Source: Euglena gracilis (lineage: Eukaryota). Taken from it: a stretch of DNA of 64,000 nt. The notes under the pieces are model-generated. The model did no database searches. It was not told the DNA's origin and was given only the letters and a program-made list of their open reading frames with translations. Of the stretch, positions 1 through 21,630 are shown in pieces. The first letter of the stretch is position 1. Each line of letters starts with the position of its first letter. The position numbers were made by a program, and so were the translations under genes. The DNA lies in NCBI GenBank assembly GCA_039621445.1, contig CP154954.1, positions 33,519,455 to 33,583,454 on the forward strand. Reading direction: 5' to 3'.

Positions 1-199
1 TAAACTTTAAACGTTCAAGTTTAAACTTTAGACTGTCAAGTTAAATTTGGAAATGAGGAAACTCAAAAGTGGAGAAAAGTTTGCTGGCATCCCCAACAAC
101 GGTTCAGAGGGGAAATTAACTAAGGCTTTGCATTGGTGTTCCAGTTGGCTGTCCCCTCTAAGATTTGCCAGCCATCTCACCAACCTTTTTTGAAAAAGG

Positions 200-8578
<8,379 letters not shown>

Positions 8579-8587
8579 ACTGCTGAC

Positions 8588-8612
8588 CTGCAGTGAGGGG
8601 GGGGCAGCAGAT
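8588..8612 (-). promoter_or_regulatory. Probable SL trans-splice acceptor (pyrimidine tract + CAG) just upstream of the KRI1 ATG
   Basis: The minus strand reads ...ctgccccccctcactgcAG|gtcagcagtATG. Euglenid mRNAs are trans-spliced. Confidence 0.5.
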
Positions 8613-8967
8613 GCCCGCTGAGCCTTTGAAATCATGTCGCGTGCCGCACGTGGAGGTCAGACACAGGCAACAAACAGGGGGGGGGGCTTCTGCCTGCACT
8701 CCATTTTGGCAAGGTCTGCTCTGAATACTCTGGCACAAGGCAATGGTGTGGGGGAGGTGAAGGGCCAGTTTCTTTGAGAGAGTGCCAAATGGTCGGATGA
8801 TGGAATGGAGGCCCGTTTGAAGCCTGACAAAGCAGCGGAACGCAATCTTTGCACACAGTTTTTGCACAATGTGGTGGACGGGCTGCAGTACGCAGTGATG
8901 CTGACGAGGTACGCGGGGGGGGGGGGGAAGGGACGGTGGCCCAGGCTGCAGCCAGGACCAGCGAGGC

Positions 8968-11357
8968 TCAGGGGGCGGCCAGCAGGGAGGGGAGGGGGAA
9001 CACCGCAAGGGGGCGGCCCACGCAGCCTGCGGAGCCGCCCCACAGCCGGTCGTCAAACTGCACTTCCAGTGCGCGGCCCCACCGCCCGGCGGCGCGGCGC
9101 AGCACATGCAGCAGCCGCGCCTCGACGTACGCCCACAGGTCCCGCGGTGTGTAGCCGTCCTTCACGGAGCGCGCCACCGTGACGAGCACCGGCGGGTCCG
9201 GCCAGGCCCCCGCCGGGGCATATGAGGAGGTCGGTGGTCAATAAATGCAATATTTGACCAAAAAATTGGAGCCTGGAAAAAGGAGGGGATCCCCAACCAC
9301 CAACGTAGGGATGGGGATGGACGATCAACCACCCATCCCCTCCCACAGGAGGGGTCAGTTTGGGTGTGTTACAGGGAGGTCTTATTGATGCATCTTTTTT
9401 CTTGGGCAACCAACGCCCACAAAATTCATCATTTTTCGGGTTCCCAAAAAAACACGACAAAAATTCCTTCGGCACTTCACTCCATGTGTAAATTCTTGTA
9501 AAGTTTGTGTGAAAGTTGGTCTTAATGGAGATTTCGTGATTTTGGGTCTCAAAATACCAAAATATCAGCCATCTCAGCGTCTTTTGTGGAGTCATGGCAC
9601 AAAGTGGGGCCCCCATACCCCATACCCCCCCCATACCCACCATACCCGAATTTTTTTGCCCTGAACCATGTTTTTGGTCTTCCGGACACGGAAAACCTGT
9701 TTCTCAGCCGAAAATGCCCGTTTCTCGACCCCCCGGCACCCGTTTCGTGGCAGAAACGGAAGGCATTTGCGTCAAAAAAGGGCAAAAAAGAGTCGAAAAA
9801 TCGAAAAAATTTCTCGTCCGAAACGATGTTTTTTTTGGCCTCCCGGACCCGGAAAAACTACATTCGAGCCGAAAATGAGCGTTTTCTGGCCCCCCAGCGC
9901 CCCTTTTTTGACCCGAAACCCATGGTGTTTGGGTCAAAAACGGGACAAAAAAGTCAGAAAAATCGAAAAATAATTTTTCGTCTGAAACGATTTTTTTTGG
10001 CCTCCCGGAACCGGAAAACCTGGTTTTGAGCCGGAAATGAGAGTTTTCGACCGCGCGACGTGTGAAACTGTTCGAGTGCCCGGGGGGGGGCTCCCGCCCC
10101 CCCCCCTGGACCCCCCCCCCGGCAAAAAACATAAACCTTATCCTTGTCTACCGACTTTTTTGTGGCCAAATCGCGCGACGTATGCAACTGTTCGAGTGCC
10201 CGGGGAGGGGGGGGGCTCCCGCCCCCCCCAGACCCCCCCGGCAAAAAAACAAACCTCATCCTTGTCTACCGACTTTTTTGTGGCCAAAGCGCGCGACGTA
10301 TGCAACTGTTCGAGTGCCTGGGGGCCATAAACCTAATCAGAAACATCCCCAAACCCTTCCCCCCCATACCCCCATACCCCCATACCCCCATACCCCCCAT
10401 ACCCCCCCATACCCCAGCTATGGGGGCCCCACTTTGTGCCATATGTGCTTTTGTGCCTCCCAAAATAAGCCGCCCCCCCCCCCCACCCCCAAATTGGGCC
10501 TCCCCAAAAGCAGACCCCCCAGACCGACCGAGCACACATCCAAAATAACACTCCCAGAGTTAAGCCCCCCCCCCCCCGAGAGCCGGGGACAGTGAAAAAC
10601 CAGGGGACGGCCAAACTTTCCGAAATCCTCAATTTTGGTGTTTCCAAGATTCCGCTGGGGAGCCCCTGAGGCGGCCTGGGGGTGTCACGTTCTGGAGGAG
10701 CCACTCCAGGGCCTGCAGCTGCTGTGCCACGGCGAGGCGGTCGCTGGAGTGCAGCGCCACCCGGGCCTGGTCTCGGTCCGCGGCACCGTGACACCTGGAG
10801 GGACCCACGTGCCAACTCGTTAGAACAGGTCCTTTCTGGCGCCAAAATGTCCAAACAAATGCAGGGGCCCAGATTTATATGCATTGCAAGCATCCACACT
10901 GCCCAGTCGGGACAACAAATCACCGTGGGGTTTCCGTCGGCGCAAGCTCCCCCCAAAAATGGTGCACGAGGGGTCGCGCTGCACACCCGCACTGCTGAAG
11001 CCGACACACACCACCAGGAAGCCCGAGCCCTCCCGGTCCCGGCAGAAGCCGTAGGCCCGCAGCAGCCGCCGCTGGCCCAGCACATGCCACTGCTCACTCC
11101 CCTCTCTCCACTAAGGCTTCTCGTCTATTTACGGCGGTAACAATTTTGAGCGGCCAGACAGCTGACCCAGGTGTCGTTTGTTGCTCTCCATCAGGTGAGC
11201 AACCCAATCTCCACGTCACTCTCAATCTTCAATAAATTCCCAGACCCATCAGGTGAGTCCACTCGGTCGAGCTGAAAAAAGAAAGCACTTCGGCTACTTC
11301 TTCAAAATGAAAAAAAATAACTTCTGCTGCCTTCGGCGCTGTGGCCGCTGTGTGTGT

Positions 11358-11421
<64 letters not shown>

Positions 11422-12140
11422 CTGTGGTGGGTCCTGGCGCAAATACCAATTTGTCCTAAAAAAAAAACTATTTCAGTCACCCCATGGGGATGGGGTGACC
11501 GTTAAGCAATGGCATGGCCCTGAGTCACGTTCTGCCGCAGGTACTGGACGAACGCGGCCAGCTGGGCATGGAGCCGGTCCGGGTGGGCAGGACCAGGGCG
11601 CTGCTCAAGGACCCCCGGCCTGGGGGAGGTCCAGCTCACAGGCCTGGGCTGGCTGGAAAAAGGCCGCTCACTGACCCCCCCCCCCCCCATAGGGATCCCA
11701 GGGCTGGAATTTTGACTGAGGTGGAAAAACTGGGTGCCAAAAAATGCCCCCCCCCAAAAAACTGCCAACCCGTGAAAAAAAAAGATTCCTTGACGCTATA
11801 TTTGCCCTGGCCAGCCCTTTTCCAACCTATTTTCACCCATTTTTTTAACCCATTTTTTTGCAACTCCGAACGCCAGTAATCTGTCACCGCCCAGCTGCCC
11901 TTTGGGTGGCTGCAAAAGAAATAAAAACTCGATGGGGGAGGGAGTCCGAGACTGGAAGAAGGCTGCTGCCTGGCTGGCTGGCTGGACGCCCCCCCAGGGA
12001 TGCCCTTGGGGTGCCCTTCGGCTTTGGCAACACCCTGGGTAGGACAGGGCTGGATGTCGGCCGCTCTCGCAGCCGCTGCACGTCACGCAAGAGAGAATCT
12101 GCCAGAGAATTTAAAACATCGCGAACAGGGCAGAGAGGTA

Positions 12141-12198
<58 letters not shown>

Positions 12199-15100
12199 CA
12201 GAGGTGTATAACTTGCTCCAATTGTGCAGGGTCATTCTTGGTCATTCTTGGCCATTTGGGTGATGCTGGGAATTTTTTTGCCATCTTTGTGGCAAATGTG
12301 GTTCATTGGGGAGTTCATTTGTGATAGCTTTGGTCATCTCAAGGTTTTGGGGAGTCATTCTGTACTGGAGAAGATGCAACTGCGGAGTAGAGACAGGTGC
12401 TTGGATGGCCGCCTCCACCCCGGTGCCTGGCAGCTGACCAGCAGCCGGCGAGACGGGAGGCGGCCAGTGCCCGCTGCAGCAGGAGGGGCAGGGCAGCCCA
12501 GTCGTACCGAACGGCGTCGTCGGACACCAGCACGGTGTGGACGGCGCTGGGCATCCGGAGGCACCGCGGCACGAGGGAGGGGGGGGCGGGCGACCACGGG
12601 AGCCACAGCTTGAGGCGCGGCAAATTAACGCATACTTTGCATCTGCCCCCAGGCCACCAAGGCAACCCGCTACAGACTTCTTGGGTACCCACAACAGCAA
12701 CCCAAGCACGAATAGGGTCGGCCAGGGAGGCTTCGGAACTCGCCGGTCCTGTCCTGATGGGGAACGATGGGGGATCCCAGGCGGCGGTTGACAGCACGCT
12801 GCGCCCGGGGCGGACAGCACTTCGTCCATCGCCTGCTCCTCGGCCTCGGTGGAGGGGCACAGCGCCGCCTCCAGCAGCCGGTTGATCTCCGCGACGGGAA
12901 GCCGGCCCCTGCCTGGGCCGCAGCCGAATACCCAAAACCGCCAAAGCTTCCGAGACATTTGGTGAGTTCTCAGCGTTTTCAAAGTGTATCATTTCAGGTT
13001 TGTGTGGCGTTTGCCGTGCTTGGTTGCCATGTTTGCACTTCTCAGCCGCAGGGGGAACAGCATTGTGGAGCCCTTTTGGCATCCCTCTTCCTTCGTCCAG
13101 AGAAACCCAAAAAGGGAAATATGCACAAATTAATTTTTTTTTGGTGACATAAAATGACAAAAGGCGAGGGATCACCCACACAAAAATGCTGAATGTTTGG
13201 CCCTAGCCTCACCTAGGAGTACTTTTTGAGCCAAAGACCCCTATGTAGTTTTCATGCGCTTTAAAGATTAAAAAAAAACATAAAATGCCATGACTTTTTC
13301 TTGAGATAAATGTGTTGAAATACCCTTTAAAAACCAAAAAATTGAAGAAGGAGAATTTCTTCGACTAAGCCAGACTGTACACATTTCTGCTGGAAAAGAC
13401 TCAGAAAAAATTACCTCCGTGACAATTTCCATCCTGCAACATTACTTCATGCACACTGTGGATGTTTTGAGCAATACTTTCCACATTTTTACTCAAAAAA
13501 AAAAACAGAAGCACAATGCATTGCATCGTTTTTCACGGCCAAGAAATCCAGAAATCCAGAAATTCAATGCAAAAAAAAACAGCTGACAAGGGATTTAAAA
13601 TCTTGAAAAGCCTTTTTTTTATTTAAAAAAAAGCTTGATTCTTAAGGGATTATTTTTTCCCCCAGGGTTGTCCCTAATTGTGCCCAGTGCCCAAAAAAAG
13701 ACACAACCCCCAAGCCACAAAAACCACAGCCTTGATAAATGCGCAGCCTCGGCGGTCCAAAGCTGCGTCTCCAAAAAGCGCCCCTTGCACTAATTAAGGA
13801 CCGCCGGCATGCGATGGCAAGGTCAGGCAGAGCCCAGGGCAGGGATGCCCGCGTCCTGCAGCTGCAGGTACGGTGCCTCCACCCCGAAGAAGTCCTCGTC
13901 GATGTCCAGAATGTAGCGCTCCCCCTCCCCCAGCGGCAGCCGGAACGCTCCAGGGCACACCCCTGCTCGGCATTCAACGGTGAAGGAATGTCTCAAAAAA
14001 AGAGCTGGTGGCAACAGGTCAGGATGAAAAGCGAGTCGGGGTCTCCCTTCCATGCATCGAGATTCGCCAAACTGTGGCGGATGTGACAAAGTGTCGTATC
14101 TCAAGGAACAGCAAACACCAAAATACAGTTCAAAAATTGAAAATTCAACCTTATCCTCCCACCCTTCTTTGGGGATTTTGAAGCCATGCCCATCATCAAA
14201 ACTGACACAAACAAAGCACACAAAAGCAACGAGCACCAGAGTGTTCCTGTGGGAAGGGGCAGGGTGGTCACGTTGAGGGTCCATGGCACGTTGGGGGTGC
14301 ACGCATCGTCGCCGATCGCGCAGGGACGACAGCATCGGCAGATGAGAAAGGAGGAAAGCCGGTACAGAAAATGGGAGCCCTCCTCCTGACCAACCAACCA
14401 GAATTTGCGCGGAAAAGGAAATGCCCCAAGATTTGAAGCTTGCACATGAGGTGCTACATGCTGTAAACGCATAGACCATAAGACATGTATGACATGTGCA
14501 TGTAGACAGGCATGTCACCACTCTAACTCAGCACTGTCTATTGGGCACGGGCGTTGGGCCAAGCGCCATCGCCCACGTGGGACCTCATCCCCCACGCTGT
14601 TCATCGCAAGGCAGTCGGAGAGCGAGCCGTTGGGCGGTGCCACGGTGCACACGCACGGGCGGTGGTGCAGTGGCTTGGTGGTCCCATAATGCCCCCAAGC
14701 GCCAACGTCCCCCCCGCCTTGGCTCCATTCTGGGAAAATGAGATCGGGCTTGGTTGCTGAGCCCGATAAGATGCCCGCATTCAGAGATTGAAGCATCAAT
14801 AAAAATGGTTTGATTGCAATTTGGTGCAAACCCACTCACCCCCAGGGACTGAAATCAAAAAGGGGTGACAGAAAGCATCAGCTTTCTCCTCATGGACGCC
14901 CAGAACCCAATATCAAACTTCCACATTGAACTCAGTTCAGAAAAGATACCTCCTCCATCTGATTATGCAATCAGACTTCACATTTGCAAAAAGTCACAAG
15001 GCAGTTGGCCCCTGGCTGCCTCTGGCTACGCCTCGGCCGGCGGGGGCGGCCGCCGTCGTCCCCCGGCCCCCCCGGCCACCACGCCGCCGGCAGCCACGCT

Positions 15101-18100
15101 GGCCACACCCAGACGAGACGGCGGACCCACCCGGTGAGGGCCGCCGCCACAATGAAGTCGTCGTTGCTGCGTGCCAGCGACTCTCCGCGCCCGGCCGCCC
15201 GCAACGCCCGGGGCATAGGCAACAGGGCACGACCTCAGTGCAACACACCACACCATCCATGCATCAGATGGACGTGCTAAAGCCTAAAAGAGCACACCAA
15301 GCAAAAGCGCGCCGGAGTGTGTGGGAGTGCCCTCCAAAACCCGTGGTTGGCAATTCTGGAGGTGAAGAAAGCATTTTGTCCACCACCCGAAATGGATTTA
15401 AAACAGAGCTCGGAAGAAGAAGAGTTCACAGCACTCGGCAACGGTGGCAGGACAAAGGCGGGCGAGCGGCTCAGCAGTCCTTTGAGCCGTCCCTTGCGTC
15501 ATCTGGGCGGGGTTGGCCATGACACCATTGCTCGCATTGTAACCCCTTTCGGGTGTCCCTCTTTGGCACCAGTCATTAACCTTTGTGTCCTTTCTGGTTT
15601 CTCCAGCAAGCCCGGAACGTGGCCAATGGAATTTCGCGTGCGCCCTCCCTCCACAAGGGTCTGGTAAACCCCCACAATAAATGCATGGGTGAACACTGTT
15701 CATGAACAAATCTTTTTTCAAATTCAATTTTCGGGCCCTAAATTGCCAAAATGGGCAACGTGGCCCAATTCCCTCACAGTGGTAAAAAAAAAATGCAGCA
15801 GAATCAAGCTGGGGGGGGGGGCATTTTTAGGGAGGAAGTTTCGGACCCCCTGCACCCATTAGGGGGTGTCCGCAATTAGGACGGTCCGCATTTTGCAGGC
15901 TGTTTTCCCAATTTGAAGCAAATTTGAGAAAACTCATAAATAAAAAATGCATATGATTCCTCATTTCAAACTTGAACACTCTCCCTTTCCACCTAATCAC
16001 TGGATTGGTGCAGATTTGTATCGCAGGATGTTAACTCCATGTAGCAATTTTACCACCAGAAGCTGTGTTTTTTTAATTTTCGCTTTCTAATTATTGCTCT
16101 TTTGATGATGTGATCTTCTTATCCCGGTAACTTGTTCATGTGGCATGCAACTAGTGTTTTTTGTGTGTATTTTGATTTTTTGTGTTCTTTTTTTTCTTCA
16201 AGGGTCCAGATACAGGGGCTTCATTTGGGCCGTCAGGTCGTCATTTGATGCAAATTACTTCAGGAGCTCTCCGAGGATGTTAACCCCTCCTCCCACTTAT
16301 AATCCCCCCACTTATAAGCTCTCAGGTCAACCAACCAAAGACGACTTATAAAAGAAGATTTACGAGAAACTGTAAAGCAACGTTGTATACAATTTCCCCC
16401 AAACTTCATTTGAAACTTTCCCGGATCAGTGGAACCCACCTATGAACCCCCCAAGGTTATAGGATCAGGTTTTGCGGGTCAGCCGAAGGGGGGGGGGGGT
16501 TAAAAAGTGGGGGGGGGGGTAAGTCAAGGAATTTTTGGTCAAAATCTGACCTCCAAAATGATCCCCACCCCCCAAATTTGCAATTTTTGGCGAAATCTGT
16601 CAACAATGACATTTTTGATCGTGGTGGGTCTCATAGGAATTGTCAAGAAACATTTCTTGTGCCATTTTGCGGACAAAAAAATCGTCCGTGGAGTTTTTCA
16701 GGGGGTGGGTGGCTTTGCTTGGCAGCCATCAGGGGCAACAAGAACGAGAGTGCTCCACCTCCTCGTAAACCTCGCCCACCATTTTGGAACACTCTTTTAC
16801 ATTTTTTTCGGAAACGGCCTGACTCCGTCTTTTTCTCCGCAAAAATTGTCCTCTCTCGACAGTGCTGAAGCAGGCCTTTTCTGCTTTGTTTGTATTGCTT
16901 TTGCTGTCTCCCACTTTTTCTGCGACGATGTTGGTACTGGCCCAAATAATCGACTGCACCTTTCCAGCAGTGGCTCATCCAGAAATTTTGTGTTTGACGC
17001 AAAAAGCCAGGTGTTGCCTTAACAACAATTGCAGATTTCAACCTGGTCCAAACCTGTAAACACCTTTTTGCGAAGCCAGGTTGGAATGAGAAAAACTTCC
17101 GTGCAAAGCGCCGAAAATTTTTTCAAAGGGGGAAAATTGCCACAAAAAAAAGCAATTTTTGGAAGTTTTTGAGTTTTCATCTCAAAATTTTGGCTGAAAA
17201 AAATGCCTCCCAACTAGATTCGGGCTTTTTTCCCCTGTATTCGGGCAACCGGGCCAGCCCAGCTGTTGGTAGGACCCCCCCCCCCCGGACCACCCAACCC
17301 AACCCCACCCAATAAGGGGGGGTCCAGCCAGAACCTTTTTCCAGCCGCCTGGTTGGACCCCCGGGTCCTTCAGATATTCCCCGATTGTGGTGGTGCAGAG
17401 CTGTGGCGGTGTTCACCACAAACAATTGCTGGGGTTGCCTGTGGGGGCGGTTGGTCCCCTCTCACTGGGTGGAGTTGTGATTGAGCCGAATCATCTTCAC
17501 GGGTTCCCGTAAACTGAAGTTGCACAGATCGAAACAAAATCAACTGTAGCAAGGCGGGCATCGGAACCGCGTCACTGCTGATGCACCTACAGCCAATGCC
17601 AGCTAAAGGTACCACCACATATCTTGGGCTGTGGAACAAGTAAACCCCAGGTGGCTTCTAATGCCTCTCCCCATTCTCCTTGCAGTGTTTTGTGATGTTG
17701 GACAGTGGACTTGCGTCCGAAGCTTTGGAGAGTGTGTATTGCGAGTCTGACAGATCAGTCTCTGAGGGGGGTGAGGAAACATGGAGTGTGCACCTCCGAC
17801 AATTGTGCTTGGCTGCACCCATTTAACATGGCATTTCTTACGGTTTCCTATTGGTGGCCAACCAAGAGCTCTCAAGGGGGGTTTCTTATAGACTTATAGG
17901 TGGGGGGGGTTAGGGTGCGCTAGGGTGCCTTGGGGGGAGTGGATATCGTTTCAACTCGGTTTCTGGGTGCATGGGCTGGAAATGGTCAGCGGACCACACT
18001 CAACGAGTCTACATAACTTCCGGTTGCCTGGGTCCTAGAGGAGGAGAGGGAAAACACAAGTTCGGCCTCACCCCAGGGAATTTCAGGTTATTAATCTATC

Positions 18101-20594
18101 GCAACTGCAAAAGCCAGTTTGCTCATTGCACCTTTTCAGCTTGAGGCAAGTCCCTGACGTGCCTCGTCCGATCCCCCACAGTGAAAAGTGGTTTGAATCT
18201 AGAACAGATGATCCTTAATTTTTACAAAATTTCTTTTACAAAATTTTTCTGTCCGATGATCGTTTGAGAATTAAAAAAGAAGAACTGCCCATGGAACTCA
18301 ACCGCTCCTCCCAACTGCAGGGGGCAGTGAACAATGTGTGGGCCTCATTCAGGAATGAGACAGAGGCAGTGCTTGTTGATGGTGCCTGTAAACCAAGCTC
18401 ATATTTACAGTTTTCCACAAACTTATTTTGAGACATGTTTACAGAAAGTCGTAAACTTCCTCCATCGTTCAACCCTTTCTCAGGCCACCCAAACGTTGAG
18501 GGGAACCCGTGAAATATCAGCGGGGTGATTATTCAAGAACAATATTGGGACACCTTGGGATTCTTGGGATTCACATGGCGGGAATCATTTCGGTACAAAA
18601 TTAGAAAAAAACCACATGCATTCGGGGGGGATTTCCAGGTAGGCAGAAGTGTGGGCTGAATTAGATTTTGGGAACATGCTGATTCCAAAATTATGCAATT
18701 TGTTGGCAAAAAAAATTCAAAAATAGCAAAATTTTGACAAAAAGTTTGTCCTTCAGGGAAATCGGGTGCAAAATGTGGAATTCCCAAGTGGAAAAGATTT
18801 CCCAGCAAAATCGAAATTTTTCGGGGGGAAAACACACCCGAAAAAATAAAAAAGACAGAAAGTTTCTTAAAATCCAAAAATCGCCGGAAGAAAACAAAAA
18901 AAAACACGTTTGCATCCTCACCCGCTGCACCTAACAAATTTCAAAGTGACATGAGTGGCGGTCGGAACAGGGGGGTGCACATTAGACAGAGGTTCGATAG
19001 AAGCAAAACTCCACTTGTGGTGACCAAAGCTGTGGCCCAAACAGGGGTGTTCGTTGGAATGGGTGTTTGTTGGGCACGTTTGTTGGGCATATTTGTTGGA
19101 ATGGGTGGGCATGAACTTTGGCCTAATTTAGGCCATAATTTTGGCCAAACGGCAAAATTCTGACACGCAGTCTCTGGACCAAATAAACCAAACTTTAATC
19201 CCAATCCTTGAGTAGGATTGGAATCAACGCAACACAACGATTTCCAGAAACCCCTCTCCCCGCCCGTTAAACTACTGCCCCCCCCCCCCCATGGAACCAT
19301 TGGTTCAAGGCTGCTGAAGCCGAGTTTGTTTTCACATTTTGTGAATTGTGCTCTGGATACAACGAACTCACCACTTACTCGCACAAAAGAATCAATCCTG
19401 TGTCTTCTCTTGAATGTGACTGTTGTGAATTCTTCGACTGACAGAAATACTTTATCCAACGCTTTTTTCGACCCTTCACTTCTTTGCGGCAAAGAATGGC
19501 GTCGCTGGCGGCCACACCAGTGATGTCGCTGGGAAGGCCGAGGTCGGAGTGAGCATCAATGTGCAACACCGTCGAGGGCGAGGGATGCAAGAATGACTGA
19601 ACCGTAGTCGCCGTTGCCACAGCAAGTCATTCCAAAGCCTGGCTGTATGACATTTCAAATGCACAACGTCCAATGTCCAAAATGAATATCTTATGCATAT
19701 GGGTGGGTATACGCACGTGCAAGCAAGTGCGAGTGTGAGTTGAACAGTGTTTGTGTATACATATATCACCGTTTCAAGGACATAACTCCTGCCAAGGATT
19801 CAATTCACCATGTACTCTGAACTCACTGCCCCATATGTTAAGACAGCTGTTGAAAACCATACATGGGTTTTGAGAACCCTCTCCAGGGATGCATGGGAAG
19901 CCCTGGGGGGGGGGGGGTCTGGACCCCCCAAAACGGAGGGGGTCCGGACCCCTTCCTACCACGAAACAGTAAGTGACCGGGGAAACTTTCGGTCAACAGG
20001 CTGGACACCAAGCACAAACCCTGAGTCTTCTTAAAAAAATTTATTTCAAATCTTTATCATTATCATTATCCGGGGCGCAGCACTGAAAGAAAAAATTAAC
20101 TATTTTTAGAAGCTGTCAAGGAAAAGGATGGAGGGCTCAGGACATCCCCTCCCAACATCAAGAGGGGTCTGGACCCTCCCCCCACCACCTTACCGGGGGG
20201 GGGGGGGGGGGGGGGGGCTGGTCAGGACCCCGCACAACATGGCTTCCCAAATATCCCCTTACCAACCTTGCAGCCCAACAGAAAGAAAGAACACCCATCA
20301 TCCACCCCTCGGCCGTGGGCCGGGTGGCGTGCCGCACCCAGTAGCGCACGGCGTGGTGGTGCTCCTCCACCACCGCCACCGCCAGCGGGGCCAGGGGGGC
20401 GGCGGGGCCCGTCACGAGCCGCTGCAGCCCGGGCAGGGCGGAACGAGGAGGCCGCGGCCCCCCACCCACCACTCACGGGGTTTCCGGGATTCCCGTCCGG
20501 CCCTGAGCGCCGGGGCCCGGCCCACAGTGTGCCACAGCGCCGCCGCCGTGAGGGCGAGCGCCGCGAGGAGCAGGACCGGGGCGCGGCGGCCCAT
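8968..20594 (-). CDS. UPF0489 (C5orf22-like, arginase/deacetylase-fold) domain protein, about 15 exons. Better-supported exons: 20594-20509, 20428-20315, 19573-~19513, 15214-~15030, ~13960-13849, 11071-11010, 10794-10682, 9197-8968. Approximate exons near 14720-14550, 14320-14260, 12900-12810, 12570-12450, 12095-12060, 11620-11529
   Basis: Motifs occur in the expected order: AVVEEHHHAVRYW, TVLHIDAHSDL, NDDFIVAAALTGWVRRLVWVWPAW, YILDIDEDFFGV, GFC...VCHG, PVLVTVARSVKDGYTP. The N-terminus is hydrophobic (MGRRAPVLLLAALALTAAALW). Several internal borders are unresolved. Confidence 0.75.
9198..10681 (-). other. Nonconventional intron of the UPF0489 gene, containing a MITE-like element
   Basis: CCCCAGGCCGCC...GGCGGGGGCCTGGCCGG|ACC. 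CAG/CTG pair in the +4/-6 register; joins QNVT-HPPVLVT in frame. Confidence 0.65.
9594..10442. mobile_element. MITE-like element with 24-bp TIRs and internal ~120-bp tandem repeats
   Basis: ATGGCACAAAGTGGGGCCCCCATA at 9594 and its reverse complement ending at 10442. CGCGCGACGT..AACTGTTCGAGTGCC occurs three times (~10052, 10172, 10291). Confidence 0.75.
11349..11420. repeat. (GT)n microsatellite
   Basis: Directly visible. Confidence 0.98.
12142..12196. repeat. (CA)n microsatellite
   Basis: Directly visible. Confidence 0.98.
19574..20314 (-). other. Nonconventional intron of the UPF0489 gene
   Basis: AC|GGCCGAGGGGTG...CATCCCTCGCCCTC|G. A 9-bp stem in the +4/-6 register uses CGA/TCG instead of CAG/CTG; joins RPT-TVLHID. 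Confidence 0.75.
20429..20508 (-). other. 80-nt nonconventional intron of the UPF0489 gene
   Basis: GC|GCTCAGGGCCGGACG...CGTTCCGCCCTGCCCGG|GCTG. Removal puts the signal-peptide frame in frame with VVEEHHH. Confidence 0.7.
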
Positions 20595-21335
20595 GCCGCG
20601 GCCATGCAGCGCGGTGGGGATACTGGGCGGCCGCTGCGGGGGCCAGCCAGCCAAGCGAGGGTGGTGTACCGAGTGGGCATCACCCCTCCCCCCAAACATA
20701 AAGCCACCCAGGTCCCCCCCCAATATGGAGCCAGGCAATGGTGCCATTCAGGAAAAAGCAGACATCTTTGGGTAGATGAACTTTTTTTACCAGACAGCTC
20801 CATTTCCAGATAAAAATTGCACATTTTTGGGGGGAAGTGTTGGAAACCCCTCCCTGAATAGAAGCCCCCCCCCCCCCCCGAATAGGAGGCCCTCCCCATG
20901 GATTGTCTGTCAATTGGGACGGCAAGTGCTTTCTTCAGCCATTGGTTAAATGAGGGTTGGGTGAGTTTACGTTTAATGATCCAATGCATCCACAAGAGTA
21001 AACCCCCTGAATAGAAGCCCCCGGGGACTACTATTCAGAACGTTGGTTGAAATGTAGACCCACAAAGAAATTTCTTCGATAATGCTCGGACCCCCTGGTT
21101 TTCGACCGCTTTTCCGAATAGTGACCCCCCCCCCCCGAATAAAAATTGGAATTTGACTGAAGTTGAAGGACGCCAGCTATAGCCCACCTAGCAAAGTTTG
21201 ATCCCCCCAAATATGAAGCCCCCCCCCCCCCAATTTCAGCCCCCTCTGAGGGTCTTGAAATCCCACTCATATATAAAGCCGGGAGGGCTTTATATTTGGG
21301 TGGTTAACTGTGTCACTGTGTGGTTTGGGCTCCCG

Positions 21336-21630
21336 GATCTGGCCTGGGGGGGGGTGTAGTGGGCCAACCTTAGGTCGGCCCACGGTCACCAAAGGTCGTT
21401 ATGGGTATTTCCTACTCAGTTTTTTTTTGCATTGTAGCGCCGCAGGCAACTGTTCGGCGGCCCTAAAATAAGAAAATACCTTGTGTGTGCAACTCCTTTT
21501 GTTTGTATGTCGCGCTAATTTGCCCGGGTGAACGCTTTTTGACATCGACCAAGGGCGACCTTTGGCGACCTTTGGCGACCGTGGGCCGACCTAAGGTCGG
21601 CCCACTACCCCCCCCCCCCCAGGCCAGATC
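21336..21630. mobile_element. MITE-like element with ~65-bp TIRs
   Basis: GATCTGGCCTG(G)nTAGTGGGCCAACCTTAGGTCGGCCCACGGTC.CCAAAGGTCG at the left end and its near-perfect reverse complement at the right end. Confidence 0.75.
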
